A stretch of DNA of 64,000 bases from Octopus sinensis (taxonomy: Eukaryota). Below are positions 1 through 11,344 of the stretch, piece by piece (the first letter of the stretch is position 1; every line of letters starts with the position of its first letter). The translations under genes were made by a program, and so were the position numbers. The stretch lies in assembly GCF_006345805.1 (NCBI RefSeq), contig NC_043000.1, positions 74,648,001 through 74,712,000 on the forward strand, written 5' to 3'. The notes below the pieces were generated by a model. That model saw only the letters and a program-made list of their open reading frames with translations, made no database searches and was not told the origin of the DNA.

Positions 1-437
1 AATGTTTTAAGTTTCAAATTTAGTTAATGGAGTTTATTGTATACGAAAAATTATTATTTCATTTATTTTTGAAATAAATATTAAGTCTATTAAGTTTATT
101 TAACTATTATTGTTAACCTGAAGATTGACTATAATTTTAAATTGAATTCATTTCATTTAAATTTAATTGTAATTCGAATTTAATTATAGCCATGAAACAT
201 ATGTAGTTTTTTTACTTATTATATATTGATTATTCATTTTGATACCTTTTGTGATCTAGTTAGATGTTTTATAAAAATATATTTTATTTGTTATTTAAGT
301 TTTGGTTTATGTCTATCATTGTTTGAATTGCATAATAGTGGTTTTATCTCTAATTTATATTTTATATATTGTGAAATTGATTTAATACTAAATTGAATTT
401 TTCCCTGTAAGTTTGGAGTTATACTCCCTAATATCAT

Positions 438-442
<5 letters not shown>

Positions 443-492
<50 letters not shown>

Positions 493-517
493 GATATATA
501 TATATTATATATATATA
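443..517. repeat. (TA)n microsatellite
   Basis: Direct reading of TA dinucleotide run with a few interruptions. Confidence 0.95.
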
Positions 518-930
518 CTAGCAGCCAAGCCCGTTTTCACCCAGTCAGTTTGGATGATGTGGCTGTGATTGTTTTCGGTTAGTTTTCGGACTCTACTACC
601 TCATATGTTCTTAACATTTAAATCCACATCTTTCTCTATATATCTACCTTCTCTATAATGTTGCCACTTGATTTGAAAATTTTTGTATTAATGGGAAATC
701 TCTATATTTGGCTGATGAGTACTCAGCATCTTAAATCTGTTGTAATACTTACAACATTTAATAAAATGATGTAGTATGAAACGATCATACCAAATTACCG
801 GAGTCATTCTTGTTGCTTATTTTGATTATAATCCCCCTACAGATTTTTATGGATAACACCATTCAAAATTCTGGTGCATCTAAATTAAGTACCATATTCA
901 TTTGAATCTAAATTTTTGCTGAACTTATAT
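518..930 (-). mobile_element. Probable Helitron 3' end (degenerate hairpin + CTAG)
   Basis: Minus strand ends ...ctgggtgaaaacgggcttggctgCTAG|T at 518. It resembles the clearer Helitron ends at 35992 and 56525. A Helitron helicase remnant lies upstream on the same strand (2390-2720). Confidence 0.4.
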
Positions 931-1182
931 AATGTCCCATCCGTGTTTTTTGTATCGTCTTCTAAATGTTTTATTTTCTTGTCCCAGTTTGTATTTTTCT
1001 ACATATAATATATATAGCGGCGTCTGTACCCTCTTTGGCCTTATGTAAGTATATATATATATACTTACATAAGGCCAAAGAGGGTACAGATGCCACTATA
1101 TATATTATATGTAGAAAAATACAAACTGGGACAAGAACATAAAACATTTAGAAGACGATACAAAAAACACGGACGGGACATT
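931..1182. repeat. 252-bp near-perfect palindrome made of two head-to-head Penelope-type terminal repeats
   Basis: 931-1050 is the reverse complement of 1063-1182 with a few substitutions, and the centre is self-complementary (AT)n. A third partial copy lies at about 1910-1975. Confidence 0.9.
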
Positions 1183-2335
1183 CGAAGCCTTCAATCATCA
1201 AGAACCGGATCATCCTAGCAATTTCGGCTGATTAATCTTGAGATTGCTCCGATCCAGCCAGCCCCATGGAATAACTAAGCTACAAGCATTAGATTTCTTA
1301 GAAAAAGGATCAAATGTATACGAAACAGGGACAGAAAAACGGACGATGCCACACGAATATAAAATACAAAAAACAATAATAGTAAAAACAGGACAAAAAC
1401 AGCGGGTGTCTTACGACTAATAGACAGTACAACTTAGTTTAGCTGGTGTATTTTGGAAAAAAATGCCTTTTTCGGCAGACGAAGACAACAATGTTCTCAT
1501 GGCGCTGGTTAGAAGCTGAAAGGCTGGTTGACCAGCGGTCATGTGAGAGGAGAAGAGAGGAAAAAAAAGGGGGGCAAAGGAATCAAAGAGAGAGAGAAAA
1601 AGAGGGACGAAGGCACCAAAGGGGGGAGAAGAGAGAGAAAGAAGGAATTAAAGAGGGGAGAAGAAAGAGAGCATGCCAAGGATTGGCTTGGCGACAGAAT
1701 CAGTGAGTGCAAAGTGAGAAAGACAGAGAAATGTGAGAGAGTGGGGGAAGAGTAGACCAAAGAATCAGAGGCAAGAAAAGAGAAAATGAGGAGGAGAGTA
1801 GAGAGAGAGAGAGAGACAGATCAAAGTAGAGTGCAAAGTGTGAAAGGCAGAGAAATGTAGGAGAGAGAGAGACAGTGTTATAGAGTCGTACCAAATTTAA
1901 AGGAATATGTACTTACCTAAGGCCAAAGAGGGTACGGACGCCGCTATATATATTATATGTAGAAAAAATGGTAGAAATCACTGATAGGAACTAAACGTAT
2001 GTTTCTGCCAATGTTTGCAATGATTAACACGTTCTATAAATGTGTTTAGAAGGGGATTCTTTGAGAATAGGATATAAAACATTTTGCTATTACAAAGCGA
2101 GCAGAAATGCTTACCTTTCTCATATAGTAAAGAAATAGAGAGAATATTCCATTCCAAATTAAATTGTTTATTATGATCTTTTATATACCAGATTAATTTA
2201 CTAAACCCTGTATTGTTACATTTATTGATATGCCTAATTGTAAAGTAATGATTAGATAGTCTTTTGGACAAGAATATCTTTAAATATAATTTAAATGAAT
2301 TTGGAAGAATTGCTCCTTGTAAATACATTTGGTAG
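1063..2335 (-). mobile_element. Penelope-like element 3' fragment (GIY-YIG C-terminus plus terminal repeat)
   Basis: ORF 1978..2328 contains FSKLIWYIKDHNKQFNLEWNIL...CSLCNSKMFYILFSKNPLLN, typical of the end of a Penelope GIY-YIG domain. A direct repeat (1910-1975 vs 1063-1125) follows on the same strand. Confidence 0.75.
1545..1880. repeat. Purine-rich (GA/GAA) low-complexity tract
   Basis: Direct reading. It explains the K/R/E-rich and F/L/S-rich ORFs here. Confidence 0.85.
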
Positions 2336-2389
2336 ATATGTACTTTATAGTTGAAGAAAATTAAGATGAGCTGCTGGCATACATTAACA

Positions 2390-2720
2390 CAAGATTGGTA
2401 AAATTTTAGTTTTTAGAATTTTATATTCTTGTTTGCCCTGTCTCTTGGTCTCAACTACTCTTACTGCCACACTAGATAATTTCCTGGCCCTAGAAAATGC
2501 CACATATAATTGTCCATGGCTGAACAATGGATGTGGCAAATATATTCCAACTTTTGTTAAATGTCTGTCCCTATACTTTCCAAAATGAAAGACAGGTTGG
2601 AGTCATTTGAAGCCAGCTTCATGTAGGGTATTAGGAAGTGTATTCTTTCTTGTGCACCTGTTATTAAAGTGGCTTCTATGCAATTATTCTGGAGGCTGAC
2701 ACATCCGACATGTAGTACAT
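2390..2720 (-). pseudogene. Helitron PIF1-family helicase C-terminal remnant
   Basis: My minus-strand translation gives KVGIYLPHPLFSHGQLYVAFSRARKLSSVAV (PIF1 motif VI, FSHGQLYVAxSR) and, upstream, NCIEATLITGAQERIHFLIPYMKLASNDSNLSFILE. The frame is disrupted. Confidence 0.85.
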
Positions 2721-3639
2721 GTTTATTTTTTGAAAAATAATCCTTTTCATTCTTCCTCTTTTAAGCTAATGTCATCTATTGTCCATATTTTATAAACAGA
2801 TGTTTTGATTGAGCAGATGATAGTTAATTGCTTTAAAGTGCATGCGTTAAGTGAAGGTATTTTAAAAAATATATATATTTAAACAAACTACACTTTTTGC
2901 TGTTCAACTGCCAACAAGGCTCAGTCTGAGTTATTTACAAATGAGAATATTTACATTTCTTTTTATTTCTCTTCAGTTCAGCAATCTATCTATTTGTGTA
3001 TCTATAAACGTATCACTCTTTGCATAACTTTTGATATATTGGTAGGCTCACCTTCCTGTCTGTCTGTTTCTCAATTAAGATTATTCCACTTTAATTTAAC
3101 TATCTGCTGATATATCTTTTAAATGTAAATTTATAGATCTTCATGATATTGTTTCATTACCTTAAACATTTCAATTATGCCTGCATTTTTAACACACAAA
3201 TGCAGGATAATATAGACCTTCACCCTTGTTCCATACTCTCACTTTCTCTCTAATAATGATATACACCTCTCTCTCTTTCATGTCTTCCCTTTCTGTTGTT
3301 TCACTGATTCAGCTATCCTCATTTTGTTTCTTTCTTTGTATCCCTTTTTTCCCCTCCTTTCTTGCCTCATATATTTCAACATTTAAGTTATAACCTCCCT
3401 TGATGACATAATTGTAACGTAGGAACAAGCAGAATAATAATAATAATGATTTCTTTTATTTGCTACCAGGGCAAAGGATGAGAGGGACAATACAAATATA
3501 GACATAAAGTGTGGGAGTTTACATATAATAGAATGATCAAAAAGAAAAAGTAAAGAAAATAAGGAAAAACATGATAGTAATGGGGTCCTCCTGATAAAGG
3601 AGGATGTAGGGATCATCAAGGAACCCCACCATCCAAGAT

Positions 3640-5395
3640 TTCCCTGAATACTAAGGATAACTGCCTTTTCAAACTCATTTCCTCCAACCCACAGATCTAC
3701 ACTTAGAGCAGTACCATCCACTCTTGCCATTTTCGCTACTTTCACTCACCTTTTCATAAATTCACTTGAAGATGGCACCTCCCTCTCCACCATCACTTTC
3801 CTTTTCAAGTGAAACTTGAAAAAGTTGATGAGGGCTTTACCAAAGAGGAATGTCTCTGTCCTCATTCCTTTCAGCCTCATCCCACCAGGTAATGGAAAAC
3901 TGCCTTACCTACTCAGTTAAAGGGGGCGGCAGGACAATCATCACTATGGACTTGGCTGAAAGACGGATCCATCCCACATGCAACAGTAGCTGTTCGACAA
4001 AACTTCACAAGTCAGCAATGCCTGGACACTGAATGAGAGTGTGCAGAACAGCTTTGACACTCTGTGAGCACCTTGGACAAGCCTGCCTGACAGCACATCC
4101 ATGCCTGTAGAGTTTATCTCGAACCAGTGGTAGCTCTACCAAGCCAAAAACATCTGGAAATTATCCATAGTAGTCTCTGACCAGAAAGCCGGTTTCTCTT
4201 CGTCAATGACCAGGGTCACTCCGAAGATTTCATCACACTTCCCCGCTACTAATCTTCTGTATATAACTAAAGTGGAACACCTACTGATCTTGTCTGACTG
4301 GTAGAGGACAGTGAGCGCCCGACAACATTGTAGGTACCAGGCTACCATTCTAGGTCTATTCTTTACTTAGGACTGCAGCTCCGTCAAGGAGACAAGCTGT
4401 GGAAATATGTGTCTCACAAGCAGAGCCTATACACGTTCACCTTCTAGAAATCATTGCAAGTGATGCAACCTGAGTGCATATCTGTGCATTAAAATCCACG
4501 GCATGCCTAAGCCGCCACACAGAAGGAGCCGGCAGCAGATTGACTGCCTGACCATTGGAACATGTCCCTTCCACAAGAAAATAAACGAGATATTCCAACC
4601 TAATCAAGCAATAACTGGGGCAAGGCACAACAGCCAGGCGATAAATGATGGCGGAAATGATGTAGACATTCACCACCTCTGGTTGACCATTCAGTGACTA
4701 CTTCCTTTCTGTCCATTTCTGGGTAAGATAGGCCACCTTGTTTGTCACCTCATACCAATTCTCATCCAGCTGGAGGTTGGGACCAAGCCAGATCTCAAGC
4801 AGTTTAACTGGTCTGTCAATCCAGCATCCACTGCTACTGTCTGATGGCATTGATCTGCAGGTGCCCAATCACAATTTCACCAACTTGTTGGCATTGAATT
4901 TGGCCCCTGCAACCAACTCATATTCCTTTACAATGGAGCCAACCGTCTCCATTTCAGAGGCATCCAACACCACCATGGTGATGTTATCTGTGTACATCAA
5001 CACTGCCCCCACCCCCAGTCCAATTTCAATTTCAAGTGGGATGCCTCTTAACTGTTCCAACTTCCACAACAGTGGCTTGAGAGCCAGCACACAACCCTGA
5101 CAGACCAAACATGCAATGCAAAATGTTTCCAACAGGTGGCCATTTACTTTGACCACCAAGTAGGTGCAGTTGTGCATTGCAGCAATCCAGCCTCTGAAAA
5201 TGAGCTTGAAACCAGTCACTTTTAAGGTTGGCTTTCAAGTAGCAGCAACCCTACTGAAAGCTTTTGGCTGATCTAAATTGATTAGGGCCCCACCAAAACT
5301 AGCTTTAGTCCCAGCCCTGTCTATGATGTATCACATAAAGGTAGTGGTTGTCATGGCCAGACCTGTTCAGGAATGCACATGCTTGCCCCCCCCCC
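3640..5395 (-). mobile_element. Tx1/L1-clade LINE ORF2, RT and C-terminal part (degraded)
   Basis: Translated motifs include GALINLDQPKAFSRV, CQGCVLALKPLL and LMYTDNITMVV...YELVAGAKFN (degenerate YADD region), plus a C-terminal FHLKRKVMVERE...KVAKMARV. There are many stops and frameshifts. Confidence 0.75.
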
Positions 5396-5489
5396 AGACT
5401 ACCGATGACAACCACCAACCTTTATGCTAATACCTTGAAAAGATGACTCTTTAAGGCTCCACCTTTAACAAAATTGACAACCTTGATAG

Positions 5490-6390
5490 CCACATTCAAG
5501 ACATTTCTCATTTCAATAGGTAAGGTTTTGGATGCTAAGACTTCATGATGAAGTATGCTGTGTATACCTGCAACAGATGGATTTTTTTTCTTTCACCCTA
5601 GTAATGAATCTAGATTGTAGACCAAGCATGGCTGGAGCTCCATCAATGCACAACCCTACCATCAAATCTCGTGAAAGTTGGTCTTCCTGAAAGAAGTTTG
5701 ATACATCACAAAGAATAGCTGCTGCAGTTGTACAACTATCCATAGGGTGACGGAACAACATTTCCTCTTTTTAAAGTTGCCTGACACAAAACAAACATAT
5801 ACCAGTAACTGAGAACACTGAGCGATGTCAGTCATTTCATCACACTGGATGGCAAAAACAGGAGAATATCTTACTTCGTTGAGAATTTGATCTTTGATAT
5901 CTTGAGACAAGTCGTCAATCTTTCCCTTAACTATCGTTTGATCGTGAAATCTGGGAAAGCTTGTTTACACTAATCTTTCCCCAGAATGAGTTCTGCTGCA
6001 TGGAGTAGACTTGGTTTTATGAGAGACTCTCTGATGCTATGGCTCTTCTTGCTCTTTGCAATCAACATGGTGATCTCATAGGAAGCCTCAAAAACCATTG
6101 AAGTTTGTTGCTGAAGTGCCCCACTACTATCCAACCTAATGTCTATTTATTTCAGAGAATGCCTTAGGCTTGTCTGCAAGAGCAGGATGTGTTGTCCTCA
6201 AGTAGCATGAGGATCGTATTCCATCATTTCTCAAAGTTTTGTTACATATCACACACTGGGGGACTTCTGTGTACCTCTTTGGAGGGACATGAATCCAAAT
6301 TGAATATATTCAATATACTTCCACTTTGCATTTATTGTGAATTATTTGATGTGCAGTGGACAACACAAATATGTGAACAATAGATAAGGC
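5490..6390 (-). pseudogene. hAT (Buster/ZBED5-SCAND3-like) transposase remnant
   Basis: ORFs 5662..5910 (SQDIKDQILNEVRYSPVFAIQCDEMTDIAQCSQLLVYV) and 5543..5761 (GLCIDGAPAMLG...FITRVKEK) are characteristic Buster-type catalytic-domain motifs. Confidence 0.85.
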
Positions 6391-7004
6391 ACACTTGGGG
6401 TAAAAAGTTCTGAAAAATATTAAAACAAAAAAATCTGGAATAAAAGTTAAAAGTTATACTAAAAATTTGTATAGTAAAATATTATATTTATTTGTACAAA
6501 AATATAAAAAGTTTCTTTAAAAACAAAAGATTTTGCATAGCTTTTAGTTTTACCCAATACTTTCTGTAATATTTTTTGACTTTATATTATAATTTTTTTC
6601 TTACAAAAAAATTTACTGTATTTTTAACATTAACATTTGATATTAAAAATTTTGGTTTTATTGCTAAAATTTTTTATTTTTCCAATCTGTGTTTTAACAT
6701 ATTTGAGACTTTATCAGATTGAGCAATAGTCGAACCTATTACATACTTTTTGTTTTATTTCCTATTTTTAAATATATCATACTTTTCATCTTGCTAAAAT
6801 TTTAAAATATTTTTCAATTTTTAAAATTAAGTTAATATTTCTTAGTATGTTACTATAATGATTTGATAATGTTTCAGCATGTCTCTTGATTTTTACAAAT
6901 CACAGTACTTCATATATATGAAAACTGTGGATCAAACTTGTTTATAATCTATTAACTGAAAAAGATGTTTGTCTTTACACGATAATAATATCTAAGCTTT
7001 ATAC

Positions 7005-7332
7005 CAGTGGTTCTTAACTTGAGTCTTGTAACAAAAAAATTATAAAATAAAGGCAAATATTAAAGCTACAATTCAGAATTAGTGAGAGTTTTGAGGGATA
7101 TGAAAGTGGGGTCAATAAGTGTAGAAAATAGTAAGCAGTGCTAAGATGGTAGAATATGAAAATTAAAGGTATAAGATGATACTTTTGCATTTTTTTATAA
7201 ACTTCTCATTATTTGACCATGCTCTCGTTAAGAGAATAACAAATATAATTAGAGAAATTCCTGCTTTTTCTCAAGGGCTTGCACCCTCTTGGAAATTACT
7301 GATGCCCCCACCCCCCAGGTTAAGGACCACTG
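7005..7332. mobile_element. hAT/Buster-type MITE
   Basis: Terminal inverted repeats CAGTGGTTCTTAAC / GTTAAGGACCACTG. The 8-bp flanks ctttatac and ccctagat both have the central TA of Buster targets but are not identical. Confidence 0.6.
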
Positions 7333-7779
7333 CCCTAGATCATCTCCATTGTCAGCATCTTTTCTCAGCAGTGTTAACACACTCTGGTTCACAGCACTAG
7401 GAATTCTATTCTACTGCCAGTTACAGTAGACATCTGCCATGAAGCTGCCAAACTAATCTTGCATGAGTACATAGAATTCACAGGGCTGACCATCCAAACC
7501 AGGCAGTTTGCAACTTGTGCGATCACTCATCACCACATATATTTCAGTGGCCGTAATTGTCTTTTCACACACACAATCTCACATCTGCTACCATGAGCCA
7601 CAGTAGGCTGTCCACATATGAAGTAACATCTGCTACTGTCATCAGCCCATTACCCTCCCTAAACAGCCATGGAAAGCCACTTACATCTGCTCAGAACCAA
7701 GTAGCACATGCCGTCCTGATCCATCAAACACTGATCGTGGATTTGTTTCCACATTGCATCTCTACTGTTTAGACCCATT

Positions 7780-8840
7780 GGACAGCTATAGTTCCTTTGT
7801 GTTTTAGTGCTCAGGCCTTGGCTCTGACAACATATCCTGTATGTTTTGCCTCAAAGAAATGGTCAACAACCATTTTGCCACTAATACATCATTTGTAATA
7901 CCTTTACTAATCCCCTCTTCTAGTTAGCTAATTAGTTCTCACTCCAATCTATCTCTTTCTATTGCTAAAGTTTTGCTAAACGCTATCAGTTCTACTCTAA
8001 TTGTTCTCTTCTGGATGATCCACCACCGGTTGTTGACAACTGCCTTCATCAACTACCACTTAACTAGTTTGCTAATCCGGTCCCTGTAGTCTTAACATGT
8101 TGGTAATGATGCATTCAACTTCCAGTAACTGAGTCCCTGTCTACAGCTCCTATCTAAATTCACTGCATTTCACAAATTTGTGATCTGTGTAGCCAACCAA
8201 TTTAAATTGTGGACAACCTATACTATCCCTATCCTTTGACCTAACAAATACTCTATTTAAATATGATCTGCATGACCCATTGTGGTTGCTTCAAGTCCAC
8301 ACTGGCATATCAGGGAAATCCATTCAATACTTGTCAGAAAGCTGGAAAGTCCTGAGCAGGTTTTCAAGTCCTTTACTCCCCCTTCTGCTCTGTACTAAAC
8401 CTATACAGTCCTTTCATGCATCCAGAATACTATTCCGGTCCCCCACTAGATTAAAGAATGTTTCAAGACACTTGAAGAAGTTTGGGCTTTCAGCCCCTGT
8501 TGGGGCATAAACTTCCACCAGTCTAAAGGTGCCACCTTCACTGCCATTCACATCCAGGACCACCACCTTACCATCCAGGTTCAAGAAGATAGCCTGTACT
8601 TGGAGATCTAAGGATTTCTGGAGTAGCATTGTTACACTGCCACTCACTCCTGATATACCACAAGATGAGAATATCTCTTAGTCTTCAAAAATGGCTGCTA
8701 CAGCATGCTTTCTGGAGATTCTTGTTTCACTAATGGTGGCCACATCGAGCAACCTGAGATTCTTGTGCAAGTGACTTTGGTTTAAAGTTGATCGCAAGCC
8801 GCGTACATTCACACACTCCACTCGCAGTACAGTCATGCTG
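7780..8840 (-). mobile_element. Tx1/L1-clade LINE ORF2 N-terminus (APE endonuclease), degraded
   Basis: MTVLRVECVNVRGLRS...VATISET, then FRLVEVYAPTG...LVGDRNSILDA (ORF 8414..8647). Likely the 5' part of the element at 3640-5395. Confidence 0.75.
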
Positions 8841-9099
8841 GTCAGATAAAGACAAATAGGAGGTCACCCACTTCAATTTTTGTGAAGTCTGGAAGTTCCA
8901 GGCCTCTCTACTGGTGAAAAGTTTTTGAAAGATCCTTCTACAAGCCTTTTGTCAATTTTTTAATAAATTAATAACCTTTTCTCTGGAGTTTTGAGGATGA
9001 AGTCTTCAAATTCCTTTCCTTCTGTCCCAATTTGAATTTTTATTCTGATTTACAAAATCCATCAATTCACTGTTGCACTTGTTTACAACAGTTAATCCA

Positions 9100-9320
9100 A
9101 ACAGTTAATCCAAACAAGAAAGCACAAAAAAACACAACAACGCGAGGACGTGGAACAAATACAGTATTATTGGACGCTCAGGAAAGAAGGAGGGTTTAAC
9201 GTTTCGAGCAGAGCTCTTCGTCGGAAACATAGGAGAAGGAAAGATCCAGAGAATGGAAGACAGAGGAAAAAAATCGCTAACGGTACACATGAGGTCACAT
9301 TTTGAAAGACCGGAAGGAAA
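9100..9320 (-). mobile_element. Penelope-type terminal repeat fragment carrying a hammerhead-like motif
   Basis: Contains the ribozyme-like motif at 9194-9228. No ORF. Confidence 0.55.
9194..9228 (-). ncRNA. Type I minimal hammerhead ribozyme-like motif
   Basis: GUUU-CCGACGA-A-GAGC(UCU)GCUC-GAAAC-GUU-AAAC: 4-bp stem I, core with U4C, 4-bp stem II, palindromic AACGUU stem III. Confidence 0.6.
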
Positions 9321-9429
9321 AGGGTGAAGAAAGATGTTTTCAAAGACAGAAGAGTAGTATTGTCAAAGACAGCAGAATAGTAGAGGGGGGATTGTGTGTG
9401 TAAGTGTAGATATGTGCGTGCGCAGACGT

Positions 9430-10252
9430 CTGCATGTGTGTGTGTGTATGTGTGCAATGATGACACGTGTGTGTGTGTGTGGTTGTGGCTAGTAGTAAGG
9501 GCTAGTAGTAGGACTAGTTTGTAAGGCTAGTAGAATGAGTGGTGTTTTTTGTCCCTGTCACAGGTCAGTACTGTTACGTTGAAGTATGTGTGTGTGTGTG
9601 TGGTTGTGGCTAGTAGTAAGGGCTAGTAGTAGGACTAGTTTGTAAGGCTAGTAGAATGAGTGGTGTTTTTTGTCCCTGTCACAGGTCAGTACTGTTACTT
9701 TGAAGTATGTGTGTGTGTGCGTGTATGTATATGTGTTGTGTGTGTTTTGTTTGTAGTGTGTGTGTATGTATGTGTGTTCGTGTGTGTGTATGCGTAGAGT
9801 TTGGGTGTGTGGCGAATAACTGTGCTTTACTTAGTGTATGTGTGCTTGTACGTGTGTATGTGTGTATACATGTATGTATAATTGTGTGCCGTGTGTATGG
9901 GATGTATGTGTGGGTTCATTTGTGTGTGTGTATGTATGTGCATGCGTGTAGTTGTGTGTGCGTATCTGTATGAGTATTGTTTGTTGGAGGTATATGTGGG
10001 CATCTGTGCTGGTGTGTGTGTATGTGTGTGTGCGTGTGTTGTGTATATATATGTGTGTGTGTGCGTGTGTGCGAGTGAATGTATGTATACATGTGTGTGT
10101 GTGTAAAAATGTAGAGGTTTATATGTGTGTATATATATGTGTGCACGCACACATGTTATAATTGAAAGATTGATGGAAAAAAAAATTGGTGTGGTTGTAT
10201 GTAAATCCACAGGCACACACATACATACATATATGAATATATATATATATTA

Positions 10253-10260
<8 letters not shown>
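9430..10260. repeat. (TG)n/(TA)n-rich tract including a ~120-bp tandem duplication (about 9470-9590 and 9591-9712)
   Basis: Direct reading: ggttgtggctagtagtaagggctagtagtaggactag...gaagtatgtg occurs twice in tandem. Confidence 0.9.
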
Positions 10261-10280
<20 letters not shown>

Positions 10281-10283
<3 letters not shown>

Positions 10284-10580
10284 TTAGTGTAGGAAGAAAT
10301 GGAGCTGAACGAAGGTTTAACAAAATTCCTTTTTATTATTTTCTACATATGTTTCAAAGGCTGCAAAGTCCCTAATTTGGATTGAATAAGGAGTCCATTT
10401 TGCAGCCTTCTCTTCAGGAAAATCCAGGAACTAAATTCTCCAACAAAATGCACAGCAAGCTTTTCGACAAACTCTCATGAGAAGCCCGGGACTTTGCAGC
10501 CTTTGAAACATATGTAGAAAATAATAAAAAGGAATTTTGTTAAATCTTCGTTCAGCTCCGTTTCTTCCTACACTAAATAT
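10281..10580. repeat. Inverted repeat (~92-bp arms, ~115-bp spacer) of a Penelope-type terminal sequence
   Basis: 10281-10372 is the reverse complement of 10488-10580. The right arm includes GAAACATATGTAGAAA, resembling the 3' half of a hammerhead. Confidence 0.8.
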
Positions 10581-10721
10581 ATAAAACTTCAAATTTCCGC
10601 ACTAAGGCACGGATTTTAGACCCCATGGTCGTAACCTCAACCGTGCCTTTTCTGCTGTGATTTTTGCTACCCAGGTGTCGGTTATCTTTTGAATAATCCG
10701 TAATAAGATAATTCATTTATC

Positions 10722-10728
10722 TACTTCA

Positions 10729-10784
<56 letters not shown>

Positions 10785-10790
10785 ATATAT

Positions 10791-10880
<90 letters not shown>
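10722..10880. repeat. Long (TA)n microsatellite
   Basis: Direct reading. Confidence 0.95.
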
Positions 10881-11100
10881 GTAGAGGCGCAATGGCCTAG
10901 TGGTTAGGGCAGCGGACTCGCGGTCGCAGGATCGAGGTTTCGATTCTCAGACTGGGCGTTGTGTGTGTTTATTGAGCGAAAACACCTAAAAGCTCTACGA
11001 GGCTCTGGCAGGGGGTGGTGATCCCTGCTGTACTCTTTCACCACAATGGCGGTGCCCCAGCATGGCCACAGCTCAAGAGCTGAAACTGGAAAAACAAACA
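10881..11100 (+). mobile_element. tRNA-derived SINE (family A)
   Basis: Pol III A box TGGCCTAGTGG and B box GGTTTCGATTC, a body, a 3' tail ggcggtgccccagcatggccacagctcaagagctgaaact shared with the LINE at 60485-61914, then (CAAA)n. Confidence 0.8.
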
Positions 11101-11113
11101 AACAAAAAAAATA

Positions 11114-11147
<34 letters not shown>

Positions 11148-11344
11148 CACATATATATATATGTATATATTAATATATATATATATATCATCATCATCAT
11201 CATCATTGTTTAACCTCCGTTTTCCGCGCTAGCATGGGTTCGACCGGGTTCTGGGAAGCCAGGGGCTGCACCAGGCTCCAGTCTGATCTGGCAGAGTTTC
11301 TACAGCTGGATGCCCTTCCTAACGCCAACCACTCCGCGACTGTA

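Noticed and set aside
5334-5426. 21-bp inverted repeat resembling a mini-MITE
   Set aside because: The left arm is coding sequence of the Tx1 RT (HDNHYLM) and there is no target duplication. It is probably chance or junction microhomology.
9707-10222. Cys/Val-rich and His/Thr-rich ORFs (also 14883-15193, 22383-22608, 37767-38352)
   Set aside because: They are translations of (TG)n/(TA)n microsatellites.
10885-10960. Possible tRNA gene (also 48455-48520, 56999-57070)
   Set aside because: A/B boxes are present but there is no complete cloverleaf or acceptor stem, and each continues into a SINE body and tail.
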